Made by a program: the position numbers and the translations under genes. Below the pieces are notes generated by a model that ran no database searches, was not told where the DNA came from, and worked only from the letters and a program-made list of their open reading frames with translations. Below are positions 62,911 through 64,000 of a stretch of 64,000 nt of DNA, piece by piece. Within the stretch, counting starts at the first letter, position 1, and the number at the start of each line of letters is the position of its first letter. Source of the DNA: Candidatus Doudnabacteria bacterium RIFCSPHIGHO2_01_FULL_46_14 (GTDB lineage Bacteria; Patescibacteriota; Doudnabacteria; UBA920; 2-01-FULL-46-14); contig MFEK01000016.1 in the NCBI GenBank assembly GCA_001779925.1, forward strand, positions 78,504-142,503. Direction: 5' to 3'.

Positions 62911-64000
62911 ATGAAAATGGTTTGTACAAAAAAAAATCTAAATTCAGGACTCGCTATCACTTCACGGGTAATTGGCTCAGGGAATACCCTCCCTATTTTA
63001 AATAATATTTTATTTAAAACCGAGGAGGGGAGATTAAGATTATCAAGCACCAACCTGGAAATGGCGATTAATACCTGGGTGGGGGGTAAAATCGAGGAAG
63101 AGGGTGAGATTACAGTTCCTGCACGATTGATAAATGATTATGTAAACAACATAGTTTCAGAAAAAATAACCATAACCAGCAAAAACCAAACCCTGCTTTT
63201 AGAAGCACAAAACACCCAGACGCATATCAAAGGACTTTCTCCGGAAGAATTTCCACTCATTCCTGAAATAAAAGAGGATGGTTTTGTTAAAATTGACGGA
63301 AAGGAATTGTCCGCGGCAATAAAAGAGGTGACCTTTTCCGCGGCTTTTTCCGAAACCCAGCCGGAAATTTCCGGGGTATTGTTTGTTTTTGAGGAGAACA
63401 CCCTAACCTTGGCCGCTACTGACCGTTATCGTCTTGCGGAAGCAAAGGTTAAACTGCAGTCACCAATTACATCTGCCAAACAGGTTATAGTGCCGGCAAG
63501 AGCCGTAAACGAGATCGGCCGGGTCATGGGATCAGGGGTGGTAGAAATCTTTCTTGGGGAAGGGCAGATCTGTTTCCGCGCGCCGGATATTGAGCTTATT
63601 TCAAGGCTTATTGAAGGGCAATATCCGGATTATAAACAGATTATCCCCAAAAATTACGCTACTGAGGCAGAGGTTTCTCGTGAGGAGTTTATTCAGTCTT
63701 TGAAGGCGGCAAGTCTGTTTGCCTCGGAAAATAATAATATTGAGCTTGATCTTAATCCACAAAACAAGCTCATTACCATCAAATCACAATCATCACAGGT
63801 CGGTGATAGTGAGATAGGTTTGGAAGCAAAATTCTCTGGACAGAAAAATAACATCATATTTAATTATCGCTATCTTTTGGAATGCTTGGGAAACCTTTCG
63901 GATGAAAAGGTTATGCTCAAGATCATTGGCGCTTCTTCTCCGGCCGCGATTGTGCCTATGGGGCGCGAAAATTATCTCTACATCGTAATGCCGATCAAAA
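62911..64000 (+). CDS. dnaN: DNA polymerase III beta clamp (runs off the window end)
   Basis: TLPILNNIL, STNLE, EEFP, ATDRYRLA, LIEGQYPDY, IVMPIK. Confidence 0.96.
   Translation, partial: MKMVCTKKNLNSGLAITSRVIGSGNTLPILNNILFKTEEGRLRLSSTNLEMAINTWVGGKIEEEGEITVPARLINDYVNNIVSEKITITSKNQTLLLEAQNTQTHIKGLSPEEFPLIPEIKEDGFVKIDGKELSAAIKEVTFSAAFSETQPEISGVLFVFEENTLTLAATDRYRLAEAKVKLQSPITSAKQVIVPARAVNEIGRVMGSGVVEIFLGEGQICFRAPDIELISRLIEGQYPDYKQIIPKNYATEAEVSREEFIQSLKAASLFASENNNIELDLNPQNKLITIKSQSSQVGDSEIGLEAKFSGQKNNIIFNYRYLLECLGNLSDEKVMLKIIGASSPAAIVPMGRENYLYIVMPIK

Noticed and set aside
1-64000. CRISPR array
   Set aside because: No run of identical direct repeats with unique equal-length spacers and no cas genes; the repeats seen are dispersed palindromes

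Overview
Origin-proximal 64 kb of a reduced-genome bacterium. The gene content and style point to Patescibacteria/CPR (inference): many TrmB-like regulators, ECF sigma plus DUF5667/DUF4349 pairs, a free LAGLIDADG gene at a tRNA, and core genes without Shine-Dalgarno sites. The core backbone is rnhB, nrnA-rbfA-infB, rpsA, gyrA, yebC-ruvC, tyrS, a class A PBP, jag-yidC-yidD-rnpA-rpmH, and dnaA-oriC-dnaN, plus 12 intact tRNAs. It is interrupted by small promoter-ORFan-terminator cassettes, five of them divergent from a TrmB regulator. The most unusual signals are: (1) several families of short palindromic repeats that have invaded intergenic DNA, protein-coding genes (in frame) and a tRNA, with one family flanking a DUF559 nuclease like a REP/RAYT unit; (2) an intact tRNA-Arg(CCU) nested inside a hairpin element that interrupts a second tRNA-Arg(CCU); (3) nine parS-like palindromes, eight with a non-canonical 15-bp spacing, hidden inside an O-antigen ligase gene; (4) repeat ends that supply the GTG start codons of jag, yidC, rpmH and dnaA; (5) a TrmB recognition-helix/operator correspondence; (6) a tRNA-Ile with a UAU anticodon. 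All calls were made by eye, with no database searches, and repeat boundaries are approximate to a few bases.
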